Origin: Chara braunii
Taxonomy: Eukaryota > Plantae > Charophyceae
Direction of reading: 5' to 3'
NCBI GenBank assembly: GCA_003427395.1
Contig: BFEA01000015.1
Coordinates: 3,203,390-3,265,345 of the forward strand
DNA: 61,956 nt
In this document: piece after piece, positions 1 through 12,557 of the stretch
Layout: every line of letters begins with the position of its first letter
How positions within the stretch are numbered: position 1 is the stretch's first letter
Notes under the pieces: generated by a model
The model's input: only the letters and a program-made list of their open reading frames with translations
The model's database searches: none
What the model was told of the DNA's origin: nothing
Program-made: the position numbers and the translations under genes

Positions 1-14
1 GTATAGATAGGCAA

Positions 15-672
15 TATAATGGAAAATGCAAGGTTGGCCACGTTTGTGTGGTTCAGCGCCAAGTGCCCACACACCCGTCTGCCGCCAAAGCGGCACACTT
101 GCACATATACATATGTATACATATATATTTCAAACCATAAGGGGATGGAGGGCAGAAGGCAACTTACCTAAGACAGAAGACTACTCCAGCAAGAAGGCAC
201 CGACCTGACCCCCTCAAAGGTCCAAAAAAAACTTGGAGAGCCTTCCGCATCGGCCCACAAAACCAAAAACTCGTTGACCAAAACAATCAAACATAACAGC
301 ATTGGCATTCCCGACATTCATCTCAAACTACACACTCGCGTCACTGCCAAAGAGGAGGAAGAGGATACGAGACAGCTTACCTAAGACAGAAGACTCCTCC
401 AGCAAGAATGAACTGACCCCCCCTGCTAAGGGTCCGAAAAAACTGGGAAAGCCTTCCACGCTGGCCCACAAAACATACATTCCCCCCAAAGAGAACTCGT
501 AGCCACCCGTAAACATCCAAACAACCCATGCTCTAAAGCAGGGCAAAGAATTAGGCGGTGTATAATCAACAAAACCAACAAGACGTGTGTGTGTGTGTGT
601 CTGTTAAAAACCCCGAATTCTCTCTCTCGTTCCATCTGCGAATTATCATAAACCATCCATAAAACAAAGAAA
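15..672 (+). mobile_element. Probable non-LTR (TPRT) insertion bounded by a >=14-bp target-site duplication
   Basis: gtatagataggcaa at 1-14 and 673-686; A-rich tail ataaaacaaagaaa just before the second copy; internal ~100-bp direct repeat (about 161-262 vs 375-473). Confidence 0.5.
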
Positions 673-686
673 GTATAGATAGGCAA

Positions 687-689
<3 letters not shown>

Positions 690-767
<78 letters not shown>
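690..767. repeat. (GT)n microsatellite
   Basis: Pure GT run; similar runs at 4793-4838 and 9922-10005. Confidence 0.95.
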
Positions 768-769
<2 letters not shown>

Positions 770-859
770 GTGGATTTTCACCACCACAGTCCCTGTATGT
801 GTGTATACAGTGTCCGCATGAATGTTTTGGTAAGCATGACCAAATAAAGATGTCACCCA

Positions 860-1003
860 GCCCATGAGGGTGAGCGGTACACCCATATAACTGTCGATAA
901 ACAGACCTGAGTTTGAATCCTGATGGCATCAGATGAACTCAACAACTCTGAATTACCTGGGGCCAGTGAGTTCAATGATGATACCTCAAGGCTGCGCCCT
1001 TTT
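860..1003 (+). mobile_element. tRNA-derived SINE, family 1
   Basis: gtacacccat..ctgtcgataaacagacctgagtttgaatcc (B-box-like) followed by ctgaattacctggg..agttcaatgatgata; homologous to 8390-8558(-), 50240-50370(+), 59650-59830(-). Confidence 0.6.
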
Positions 1004-2421
1004 GATGAGAAAGAGAAGGTAAAATTGAGAAACAAAACAAGAAAGAAAAAGATGTCACGAACTCTGAGTAATATTAGCATGCCACAACACATGAACAAGG
1101 CCATAGCATGTCCTGCGAGCACGTAGCTCTTTATGATACCAAAATGGGAAGCAGTGTAAGATAGGGAGGGTGGGCGGGCAAGAAAAAAGCACACAGGGCG
1201 AGTTGCAATCAGACTCGTTCTCAAACACACTTTTCATGCATGTAAACAGCAACGCAGCATACTGGCGACATGCGCCCACTCAAAACTCAGAGATATGGCT
1301 TTCAGATACGAGTTCACTCTGAATTGGCTATGGCGACTTCAGCGCCCAAACATCTCACGGTTCACATACACTGGATCACCCTGGATACCCCACACGCATC
1401 ACGCTAACACTCGAACACACACACACACACTACTAACTACAGCTATGGCAGCTGTCGCTGCATCTAACCTATCGCTATGCTAACTCCCTCTCTCTAGCCC
1501 ACTGCGTCCCCGGGCTCATCTGCAGACCTCCTTGCACAAGTCGCTGTGGCAGCGCTTCCGCATGGCTCACGCAGGAATGAATGAATGGCTGGGCGCTGAC
1601 TCTTGATTTATACTTCAGAAACTCGTTGGTCTGCCCTTTGCCATCGGCCCTTGGTGCTCACAGTCCCCCTGTGGTACTTGCTGGACCGGACTGGGACTGA
1701 CTGGACCTTCCGCTGACTGACTGTGGACTCACCGCTATCCTACCGACGNTGTACTGCGGTTGCACTGCGGTTTAGTCCACCACTTGCTTCACCCCTTGAC
1801 CACTTNCCCACTTGCCTACCTTCTAGAAGGTCTACAGCTAAGCTTCCGGAACTCACTAAGGCTCCTACGCTATAGACCTACAGATCGAACCCCTGCTGCC
1901 TATGGACCTACGACAGGCCTACCAACTGCCTACGAATAAACAGGTCACAGGTTCAATTCCCGGGGCCTACACAGATACTGTACATGGGTAAGGTGAGGTC
2001 TAGGGATCGAACCCTGGGTACTGCATCCGCTACTGCTAAAAGGTGAAAACCGTTTCAGAGTTGTTGGGGGGCAAACAAAAGAGTATGGAATGAGGCACGA
2101 AGGATAGAACAAAAGTGATAGTGGCAGACTGTTTCATCAGACTCCCATTGACTCATTAGAAGGCTGAACTATCGACAGTATGTGGAATCCCCATATTGAT
2201 GTTTTGAACTTTTGAGTCATAGTCTATTTTGACCCCTGGTGTCCACCTGCCCGCTTGATTGCCGGGCAGATGCTTATCTAGTTTCTTTGCTGCCTGCCTC
2301 GCTACTCACCTGCCTGTTTGCTGGACTGAGCAGCCAGGTAGGTGACACATGCCCAGTTGGGCAACGTGTATGGAGCCAAGTATCCGCAAAGTGATGAAAA
2401 GGACAGGAATGGACAATGCAA

Positions 2422-3070
2422 TGTCAGCGAAGCATCAACAAGCAATGTACATCCCGATACATACAAAATGGCACAATGTAGCGCAGTGGAAGACTTAAAG
2501 ATATGACCTGACCTGACTGAGACTGACGAGACATCCCATCATACACCACACATGTGAGAGAAGGAGGACGGACCACATACATGGAAGAAAGGTCCCTCCT
2601 TGTACATGCACATGGGGGAGATACCACGGATGAGAGATGGGGGGAGAGGCGAGATGAAGAAGGAGGCCAGGGAGAAGGCCAAGATCGTGATAGAGAAGTC
2701 CAAAAATAGTCCCTTGCCGAATGTCCAATCACTGTCTGCCACAAAAATGTCGGATCAGATCCTGGGCGCTATGCCCGATATAACACCTGCCTGTAATCTC
2801 TCTCTCTGAAGAAGAAGAAGAAGAAGAAGAAGAAGAAGAAGAAGGAAGAGGGAAGAAGGAGGAAGGAGGGAGACGAGATGGAGGGCGAGACGACGAAGAA
2901 GAAGAAGATGTCGTCCTCCTCGCTGTCTCACCTGCAGGTAACCGCCGCCCGTACTGACCGCCGCTGTGTCGTCGTCGTGTGCAGGTCAGTGCGCGCGCGG
3001 AGCCCCAGCTATGGCGCCGGGTAGGTCCGTCGCTGCAGGTATGGCCTCCGCCCCCCTGCCTACCTACACC
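2422..3070 (+). mobile_element. Dispersed LTR-like repeat, related to 14001-14600
   Basis: Starts TGT; shares tagcgYagtggaagactta, aaatagtccct..aatgtc and agctatggcgcc..ggta blocks with 14001-14600; no TSD found. Confidence 0.35.
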
Positions 3071-4591
3071 TCTACCTCTAGCCTCCTGCATAGCACTGTA
3101 GTCCCAGCGCTGCTCCAGCAGTGTGTCGCTCCAGAAGTGAGCTACTCGAACTGTGTGTCTGTCTGGCCGTGGCCCAGCTATCTATAGTGCTGGGTCGGCT
3201 GGTCTGCTCCTGCGTGCCTACCTGCGTGTGCCTCAAAAGTGTGCCCAAAACGTGGGCCTACGGGGTCTGGGTCCCGACCAGACGTCCAGACCCTGTACCT
3301 GGAACAGATGCGGCCTGCCTACTGGTGCACCCAGCCCAAGGCACCGCCTTGGGGACTGCAAGTCCGAAATGATGTCTGAGCAGACAAAAATAGCACAGGA
3401 AATAAATAAATAAATAAATAAATATATGCTGCCGCAAAATCGTACCTGCGGCCTAAGTGCCACCGTGGGCCTCCAGGGCGCGTGTCTGATGGGCACGCGA
3501 CCTGGGGGCCCCTCAGCAACCATCTGGCGCCTGAAATGGGGCCCATGTGCAGGCGCAGCATGTAACATAGGTGACAACACAAGCAGAAAAGGACAATGGC
3601 CAGCAGGACACCAAAGGGTGGGCAGGCAGGGGAAGGCAGGCAGACTGAAGGCACCAAAGCACCGAGTCAAGTAATGGCCAGGTACTCAGTACAGCAGCCA
3701 GGAAGGTGGGTAGCGAGGCGGGCAGCAAAGAAACTAGATAAGCATCTACCCGGCAATCAACCGGGCAGGTGGACACCAGGGCAAAGGAGGCGAGCAGCAA
3801 GGCCAAGCAGCAGTAGTACAGCAAGGCAATGCACGCAAAGAGGACAAGGCGCCAAGCTTCAGGGCAGCACCAGCAGGGAAGTCCGCACATACAACACGGA
3901 CCATAACGGGCTATCACCACAAGTAAGACTTGCAGATTGTAGGTTCACACCAGCATAAATGGTCAGCATGTCAATTTGACGAAAGTCTGTCACGACTACG
4001 TAGGGAACACAGAGACACAGTGGCATAACACTGTTGCAGGCCCACATTGACTATTTAACACATCTCAAAAGTGCTGCACTAGGACACTAAGGAGAACATG
4101 GGAACAGGCCACTGTACGCACAGAGCGGACACATACAGATACTTATGAGGAGCGGACAAAAAGAAGTTGTAGACTATGAATGTGTGCACGTGTGTGTGAC
4201 CCACCCCTAGCACCCAATGAGGAAGTCCGGATGTCATGGTGTCAAGGGGCACTAGGCCATTCAGCCATCTTCACCCATGGTTACCGCACACTCTTATGAA
4301 CAAGGTAATTGTCATTGTATCCTACTTTTAATTTGACTTTTCCGTTGTACACAGGACTGATACCCCAATACAATGCTGTGCTAATTGTTAGTGTGCCCAG
4401 AAAAATGTTGTTTTATACCCAACTACCGGAATGTTAAAATTTCCCAAATGCCAAGGATCTGAATGGACCCAACGAATTGTCATTATAGCCTACTACCTAG
4501 CCACACATGTACCCAGTTGTGACCCCCCCCAAGCCTTGCCCCTCCCACTCAAGCCCCGCCCGTCCCCCCAAACCCACGTTTCCCACCTTCC

Positions 4592-4792
4592 NNNNNNNNN
4601 NNNNNNNNNNNNNNNNNNNNNNNNNNNNNNNNNNNNNNNNNNNNNNNNNNNNNNNNNNNNNNNNNNNNNNNNNNNNNNNNNNNNNNNNNNNNNNNNNNNN
4701 NNNNNNNNNNNNNNNNNNNNNNNNNNNNNNNNNNNNNNNNNNNNNNNNNNNNNNNNNNNNNNNNNNNNNNNNNNNNNNNNNNNNNNNNNNNN
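4592..4792. other. Assembly gap (also 21380-21669 and 48658-48987)
   Basis: Runs of N. Confidence 0.99.
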
Positions 4793-4840
<48 letters not shown>

Positions 4841-5749
4841 TGTGTCTGTGCACGTGTGTGTGTGTGGCACTGTAATTTCAACACACATCGAAATTGGTAC
4901 GCAAATGGGGTTCGTACAGGGTGTACCTACCATCTTGCCCTGAATATCAATTGAGGTCATTATGGTTTGTATCGGCCTTATTTGTGGGATCAGATAGAGC
5001 TATAACGACCCCAAAACAGGGATCAGATAGGGGGATACCAGTGTCTTGACTTGTTTTATTCTTCGCTTCCCGGCTGAGTTCTGCACTAGCCCACAGAATT
5101 TGGAGATCCCTGGCGTCGCCTACGATGGTCCAATTCGCCTTGACTTTGTAACGCCCAGAACAACCTAGAAACCATATTATTCGATCCCATGCAGAAAATT
5201 CTACGAAAGGCATAGGTGCGACCTATCTGCATGTAGGGAACCCTAATTATGACCAGAAAGCCCTCAACCGGTGGACACCTGGCATCCCAAGATGAGAACG
5301 ATGATACATTCTGAACTTCCAGGCAACTAGAAGCTCAAAGGTTTTGCACGCATGCGAGCTCCGACCTTCTTTTGGGTGCACTGGTGGAGACCTTTCCCTC
5401 TGTGTTCATATTTATTTTCACACTTATTCCAGTTCTTGACCCTCTTTTTAAAGGGGCTAGCCCCTAACATCATTGTTTTATGAGTCTGACTTGACCAAGA
5501 TTCGATCTCATGATCTCTTTACTACCAGTTGCTGACGTGTACCATTCAGTCCAATGGGCTGGGTTTGACCCCTTGTTCTTTTTCTCAAAAGGATTTATGG
5601 ATCCCTATCAGAAGCAAACCTGTCAGAATCCTGTCAGAATCCAGACAATTTTCACTATTCACTGGCTCAGAAAGATCCATCTGGCTTGGCCATCCCACAA
5701 GATAATGATGCAAATAACAGCTGGAGACGATGGAATCAACAGGGGACTT

Positions 5750-6570
5750 GTTAGGCCACAAATGGGACCCATGGGGCCTGGTCAGGACGTTACAGGACTA
5801 AGAGAGATCTGCTCCCAAAGCAAATGGATCAGCAGGGGGCGGACCTAAGTCTTATGGTGCTAGGACAGCGCTTGTCTGGGCCCAATGGGATCGACAGGAT
5901 CTTGGTCCAACTTGGTCCAAGCTTGGAGGGGCAAATCAGGGACAGGGAACATCATTGCAGGACCAACAGGTCCCTGGTTCAAACTGTGACCGGGCCAACA
6001 AAGACTTGTGTGTAGCATCAATAAGACCAATGGAGGTCTGGTCCAACCCTCATGAGACCACCCGTGGCCTTGTCTGAGCCCGATTGGACCCAATATTAGT
6101 CTGCCAGGCACTAGTAGCTTTATTGGTGAGTTTTTTATTTTAGTAGCCGTTTTTCAAGCTGCGCCCAACGTGGCAACATTAGCAGCCATTGGAATGATTT
6201 TAGGAGCAGCTTATTCCATTTGGAAGCAGACAGGACCTGGCTGGAACCTAATTGGGCCAGCGGGGACCTTGGCCTACCATACATAAACGGGACTAATGGG
6301 GAGCTTGAACTGGGTAAATGGGATTAATAGGGCCTGTTCTAAGTGTAAAGGCCTGACCAATGGGATGCAGTTCAAGCTTAAGAAGGGCAGTCGAGGTCTG
6401 ATCCGAAGCTAATGTGATGAGTAGGCCCTGCTCCAAGCCTTACAGGACCAAATGGGTCCTGGTTCTTGCACCAAATTTGGCCCAAATGGGACTTCATCGC
6501 CACAAGGAGTCTCATGTGTTCCCATTAGGGCCCAGAAGACATGGTCCCAAGAAAACCTAATGGGACCAAG
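5750..6570. repeat. Degenerate minisatellite
   Basis: Recurrent ccaatgggac / ctggtccaagc motifs at irregular ~40-bp spacing. Confidence 0.4.
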
Positions 6571-6794
6571 GATGCTTAAATACATTACTGTTAGCTACCC
6601 TTGCGATTCGTTTGGCTAGGCGTGAAGCAGCCCCTGTATGCGAATATCGTGCCCCACGAGACTTCATGCCCTATTGGACAGATCGAACTACATCACTAAT
6701 ATGAGTGTCCAATATACTACACACTTGCAGTGTACTCCTAACCCAAAACAAAAAAAAAAGAAACAAGTATGGACGCCGCAGGTTTTGAGTTCGG

Positions 6795-7095
6795 CGAGGA
6801 AAACAGCCGCGGATTTCAGAAATGCAATTTTGGTAGAAAAGGATCCATTGGGCCTTTCCTTGTTTCCCTTTCCCCGTCTGACACCACACCAACCCCTGTA
6901 GTTATGACACCCGGGCGAAGGAAACAGCCACCGAGTTTCGAAATGCAATTTCCATCGAAAAGGATCCGTTGGGCCTTTTTTTTTTCCTCTTTTCCCCGTC
7001 TGCCACCACTACCAACCCCTGTAGTTATGACACCCAGCCTGACACCACGGCCACAGAACTTTCCTTGCATTTTCAAACTCGGCGGCTGTTTTCTC
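6795..7095. repeat. Two ~123-bp tandem copies plus an inverted partial copy
   Basis: gaaacagcc..gaaatgcaattt..aaaaggatcc..ccaacccctgtagttatgacaccc twice; ttgcattttcaaactcggcggctgtttt is the reverse complement of the unit start. Confidence 0.6.
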
Positions 7096-8389
7096 TGCGG
7101 GCGCATGTTTTTCTTTGTGCATTAGAAACTCAAAGGTCACATCAACGTAGTTGCCCCCCCCCCCCCCCCCCCCCCCCCTTCCCCCAAAAAAGAGCCACCA
7201 TCTACACAGTGGCACCACGTCCTTTGAGTTGCCGAGCAATTTCACTGTAGTAGAACTCAACACGACACTATTTAATTATGGCTGCAGATGCATCAGATCA
7301 ACGGCTACGATTATGGCCCAGCATGCCTCACCTATAATGTGATAAAACTTCCTTCAGCTGTGATGTCCCACCTACCATGATTCTTCATTTTTGACGGCTC
7401 ATTGCAAAGATCAATGGTCAGAGCCCGAGGATCCGGGCGAGTACCTTGCTCAGAGTCGTGGTCGTTGTTTACTGCACTGCATGCAGATCCCTACAGAGTA
7501 CAATACAAACAGCACATGGTGCACACACCGTACGTCTCACAGCATGAAGTGCACCGCCACTGGGACCATCCCTTGCTGCACAGTCCAGTTCGATTCCTTG
7601 GAGAGCAGAGAATTTTAGGCTCAACATAATAGGGTCGGTCGTTCCAGTGGTTTAAACCATCAGTACTTGTGACCCTTCCCTTGTCCAGCCTGGAAACGCC
7701 CTGTGCGCCAAAGAAAAACGAACTGGCGCAGGCCTTCGTTTGGCTGGTGCCGCCAGCTGTTTTCCCTCTGTAGGCCGACCCATGAAACTTGCAGTGCGCA
7801 TGCAGCTGCGTCAGAGAGAAATGGCTGGCAAACGCACTGGTAGTTTAAACCACCACTACCTTTGGCTGGCAAACTTTTTTCCGATAAAGTTGTCCATCAC
7901 CGCACGAGGATCCGGCTCCCTGGCCTCTTTGGCTAGTGGCCCCAGCCAAAAAGGAACAAATAGAGTGCCACACTGTTTTTTGCTTTGAGCTTGGTGTGCA
8001 GCACAAATCCACCATGGTGTAAAGTGTCCTGGAAACTTGGAAAGTTTTTTGAAGAAAGAGAGAGAAGGGAAAATTTCTGTTTTGCATGAAAGAAGGTACT
8101 ATTTGTTGATTTGCCCCTCCAAGATGCAAAATACCTTGCCGCGCCCTGCCAATCTGCAATCTTTGGGGCAGTCCCTGTTGGAACGTTGAGCCGCGCCCCT
8201 GGGCCTCCAACGGCCAGGCGCAAGCAGTTGCGTCCACCATTTGCCCCAACAGCAGAGACCAATTGCCAGACGTACGGAGCATTCCCCAAACATGAACCAA
8301 CGCACAAGGGGCATCCCCAAAAACTTGAACCAACACCCAAGGGGCATCCCCAAGAGATGTCGGGTTCAAGCTACGCAATGTACTTTTTT

Positions 8390-8558
8390 AAATTAAAAAA
8401 AAAAGAAAAAAGGGCCGCCTTGAGATATCATCATTGAGCTGACCGGACCCAGGCAATTCAGAAATATTTGGTTTTACCCATCCATCAAGTTCCATCATCT
8501 GGATTCGAACACGGGTCTGTATTTCAACAGTTCATGGGTGTACCCACAGAGCTAGGCT
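8390..8558 (-). mobile_element. tRNA-derived SINE, family 1 (best-preserved copy)
   Basis: Minus strand: A-box-like TAGCTCTGTGGGTA, B-box GTTCGAATCC, shared body, 3' T-run. Confidence 0.65.
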
Positions 8559-8640
8559 CTTGGGTCACAATTTACATTTGGCAAAGCCATCAGAAGCGCA
8601 TTTGAGGCATTTTGCATCATTTTGAAGGAGCAATCAGGAA

Positions 8641-8878
8641 ATATCCCATATCTTTGAGGGGCAAAACGGAAATTTCCCCAAAACTGAGAATAGACATCCG
8701 AAAAGTAAGAGAACAAGGCACACACGGCATCCATTGGAGACAGTAGCAGCAGATAATGCAATACCCCGTATCATTGAGGGGCAAAACTGAACTTTTTCCA
8801 GAACTCAGGATAGAAATCCGAAAAGTGAAACAAAACAAGTAAAAGAAAAAGGCACACACTGCATCCATTGGAGATAAG
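8641..8878. repeat. ~120-bp tandem duplication
   Basis: tgaggggcaaaac..atccgaaaagt..aaggcacacac..gcatccattggaga twice. Confidence 0.7.
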
Positions 8879-8980
8879 ACCGTAACAGCATGCAGACAGT
8901 ACACGCAACGGACAGCGTACTCAGAAGGCCTCCACTTTGGGCCCGCGTATTCTGAACGGCAATGCGCACCGAATAGACGG

Positions 8981-9610
8981 AGAGCACATAGCACATGCAT
9001 AGCACATGGAGGTACTTGCAATAGAGCACACACCACGTGCATAGCACATAGAAGTACTTGCACATAGCACATGCATAGCACATAGAAGTACTGCATGGAA
9101 CACGTAGCACATGCATAGCACATACAAGTACTTGCATAGAGCACATAGCACATGCATAGCACATACAAGTACTTGCATAGAGCACATAGCACATAGCCTA
9201 TAGCACATAGCACATAGAAGTACTTATATAGCGCACGTCGTACATGGGTAGTACGATCATAGAACCCAGCATATCGATACTATCTAATACACAAGAGTAC
9301 CCACATAGCACATAGAAGCCAGGATATCGATAATGCATGCCTTGTAGTTTGATAGTACGTAGAGTACTTATAAAAACAACTCACATAGAACGTGGCTTGT
9401 ATGCTCATAGAACCAGCGCGCATCGACGGCAAGTATACAGAGCAGTTACATCATACATAGAAGTCAGCACGTAAAATAGTCCAATAGATAGATACCAGGA
9501 GCACAGTACAACATCGATAGCACATAGTCAGCACGTAAAATAGTCCAATACATAGATACCAGGAGCACAATACAACATCGATAGCACATAGTCAGCACAT
9601 AAGAGCACAT
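8981..9610. repeat. agcacatag-based minisatellite (~40-bp units) grading into a ~64-bp duplication
   Basis: agcacatagcacatgcatagcacatacaagtacttgcatag repeated about 6 times; gtcagcacgtaaaatagtccaata.atagataccaggagcaca twice at 9463-9590. Confidence 0.8.
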
Positions 9611-9674
9611 GAATAGCAAAAAGGTCGGTTTTTTCTTTTTCCCGGCGTACATAGGTTGTACATACATTTCGTCA

Positions 9675-9817
9675 GTCCTTTGGGACATCCGTTCAAATTG
9701 GGACGGTACAGAGAAGATGAGCATGGCACCTTCGCATTCACCGATGACACGCATAAATCGAAAACTGTCCATGCATTTCAGCCATCGATTCTGGCAAATG
9801 GACAACTTGGTCCAAAT
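9675..9817 (+). ncRNA. U6: Full-length divergent U6 snRNA-like sequence with a ~42-nt hairpin insertion (variant or pseudogene)
   Basis: GTCCTTTGGGACATCCGTTCAAATTGGGACGGTACAGAGAAGATGAGCATGG..GATGACACGCATAAATCGAAAA[insert]TGGTCCAAAT follows the plant U6 consensus end to end; ACAGAGA box and AGC triad intact. Confidence 0.8.
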
Positions 9818-9898
9818 GCGATAATTCCTGAGACCAGATGCCAGTTACCATTTCCCATATTCTTCATTCCTGACCGTCAATTACTGAGATCTACGGCC

Positions 9899-9919
9899 AG
9901 AGACGGACGATTCTGGTTG

Positions 9920-10001
<82 letters not shown>

Positions 10002-10106
10002 GTGTACGGTCAGAGACGGACGATTCTGGTTGCTCTGTGTGTGTGTGTGGGTGTGGGTGTGGGTGTGGGTGTGGGTGTGGGTGTGGGTGTGCGAGTGGGT
10101 GTGTGT

Positions 10107-10174
<68 letters not shown>

Positions 10175-10272
10175 GAAAGAGAGAGAGTGAGAGTTGATGA
10201 TGAGGAGTTCCATATTTATCCAAAGAGGAGGGAGGAGGAGGAGGAGGAGGAGGAGGAGGAGGAGGAGGAGGA
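9899..10272. repeat. Compound microsatellite block
   Basis: agagacggacgattctggttgctc+(TG)n twice, then (GTGTGG)n, (GA)n, (GACA)n, (GGA)n. Confidence 0.9.
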
Positions 10273-10594
10273 GAGTGGATGCAGGGAATCGTAACGGGAG
10301 AAGACAGCGGGAAATGAGAAAGCATTGCGCATTGCATTATTCCAATTCTTTACCGTTGGCTTCATATGAAAATGCATAGTTGTCATTGATGAATGAATTA
10401 AATTCAGATTTCCGATCAGGTACGTGCATTCAATACAACGCACCATGATTACTCATAGAGCGTGACAGCACGGCAGCACCGTCTCCTTTTCTTTTTTCTT
10501 TCTCTTTCTCTTTCTCTTTTTTTTTTTGGGTTTTGGTCTTCCCCTCCCCCACCCCCCTCTTTTTCATACAGCATCATAACCCGTCCTCACCCAC

Positions 10595-11107
10595 CGTTAT
10601 CATCTGTCCCAAGTTGCCGTCCTGCGCTGGGGTGGCCGTGAGCTGAATGGCACTCTTGCTGGATGGATTATCGGTGACGAAGCTAAAAATTCCCTTAGGC
10701 CTGGATTCCACCCCCGCCTTCTCGGCATTGCCCTCGCCATCACTGGCTTGCGCCCGAGCTCTAGTTGATTTCCGTTGACGTCTATTGGAAAAGGAGCGGG
10801 GCAACAGCCCGTTTCGCGAGGAAGAAGACAGAGAAGGAGTGCGGGAAGAAGAAAGAGGGGAAGAAGAAGGTAGTGGCGATGGCGGGTCTCGCCGCGTTCG
10901 GCCCGGTCGTTTAAGAGAATGACACGTGGCTGCAACATGCGGCGAGCTCAGAGCCGAGCCAGATAAACTCATCTCCCGACGAGACACGTGGCGTCCTTTT
11001 GCAGAGCTCTCCACGTCTGCATTGCCTATGACCGACGGTGAGCAGCCGGACAGCGGCGTCTGCGCTGGCGCCACGTGTCGAATGGCAGCGCCGGAAGGAG
11101 CCGCCAT
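10595..11107 (-). CDS. First coding exon of a plastid-targeted alpha/beta-fold hydrolase (At1g52510-like); alternative start ATG at 10972
   Basis: Ser/Arg-rich transit-peptide-like N-terminus, then GIFSFVTDNPSSKSAIQLTATPAQDGNLGQMIT, matching from memory the plant motif FGFVTDNPSSRxAIQLPxxPAEDGNxGQM; GT donor (gtgggt) directly after; exon 2 not found in window. Confidence 0.7.
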
Positions 11108-11954
11108 GCCTCCCGCTTTGGCAGGCCGGTTCCCGACGCTGGTGCTGGCGCGTCTGCCTGCCGAAGCTGAGCGCGTCTACCGAGCCCGGCTAGGGCAATT
11201 TCCGAACCGGCGGTTTCTGTACACGGACAGAAATCACAGAAATCGCGATACGGACACAAGGCGCTGTGGCACGTAAGGGTAAGAGGTGTAGTCTGTGTAC
11301 TATCGGCCGAATCGTTGCGCTAGAGCTCGAACCGCTTTTTTTCCCTTTTGAGGTGAGGCGATCGAGCGCCCTCTAGCCACACAGGCCTCACATTGGTTGT
11401 GTTGTTTGTGGTTCATTTCCTGCCCCTCCACACAGGCCATCGCTTCACCAGAATCACCACTGACCACATGTGCACAAGACAAAAATTGTGGCCTTTTACC
11501 TTTGCATGTTCTGAGAGAAAATCTATATATATATATATATTCCTGCACATTTTTCTCATTTCGCAAATTTGGTGAGCCGGGGAGCGAGGCCCTAAATCGT
11601 CAGAGTGCAAACCTACAATCCTGTGGGGACGATATGGTCGTCTCCAAGATTGAGGGATTGCGGTAGTTGATGGCTCCTTTCTATAGAGGAGGGGAGGGGG
11701 GCGGGGAAGGCCTGTACCTCCTGGCAACAGGGGGTCCAGCTTCCCTCATCTGTACATGAAAGGCACAACAGACTAGAAAAACAAACAAAAACACTGTGCT
11801 GGTTTCTGGACAAGGAAGGGGAGACTGTGGATGTGACACACTTTTAGTTTGAAATATGTGTGTGAGTTTCGAAATGTGCAAGTTTAGCGGGGGTCTAAAG
11901 CTGCGCCAGTCATTACCGCGCAGTGGCGCTTGGCAGATTTAGGGGGGGCACCTT

Positions 11955-12557
11955 TTTTGCTCCATTTCGGGAACTGCTAAAGTTGCCTATTCTGAACGTT
12001 GGGTGTGACTCCAACGTACTTGCCCCTGTATGTGAATTGGTGGCCTGTTAGAGCCAGGCTGCATCCCACCATATGGATTGGTGACCTGTTACACTCAAGC
12101 TGCATCGCACCAACTCCAAATCTGCAGTGTCATAGGGCAGTCCAGGGGCCAATGTTCCAGCCTCGCCCCTCTACGGATGTATGTTGCCACCTTCTGCGGG
12201 AAGAGATGCACTCGTATTTTCTTCTAGGTGGCCTGTTAGAGCCAGGCAGGATGGGTGACCTGTTACACTCGAAGCTGCATCGCACCATCTCCAAATCTGC
12301 AGTGTCAGAGTGCCGTCCAGGGGCCAATGTTCCAGACTTGCCCCTCTACGGATGTATGTTGCCACCTTCTGTGGGAAGAGATGCACTCGTATTTCTTCTA
12401 GGGGCTTCTAGGGGCAAGTACGTTGGAGTCACACCCAACGTTCAGAATAGGCAACTTTAGCAGTTCCCGAAATGGAGCAAAACTGGCGACCCTAAACAGG
12501 TCACCAATCCATATGGTGGGATGCAGCCCAGCTCTAACAGGCCACCAATTCACATAC
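11955..12557. repeat. Complex direct plus inverted repeat (A-B-C-C-A'-B')
   Basis: A 11955-12027 inverted at 12410-12482; B 12028-12090 inverted at 12495-12557; C 12080-12228 repeated at 12254-12402. Confidence 0.85.

Noticed and set aside
426-929. HT/CV/LS-repeat ORFs here and near 4.5, 9.9, 23.1 and 55.2 kb, and ORFs spanning N gaps
   Set aside because: Artefacts of microsatellites and assembly gaps
9765-9806. Spliceosomal intron in U6 (as in some fungi)
   Set aside because: Insert boundaries are not GT..AG; it is a hairpin
9821-9895. Hydrolase exon 2 on the minus strand (RNEEYGKW*LASGLR)
   Set aside because: In-frame stop and no WFVRETG motif; the real exon 2 is probably outside the window or in a gap
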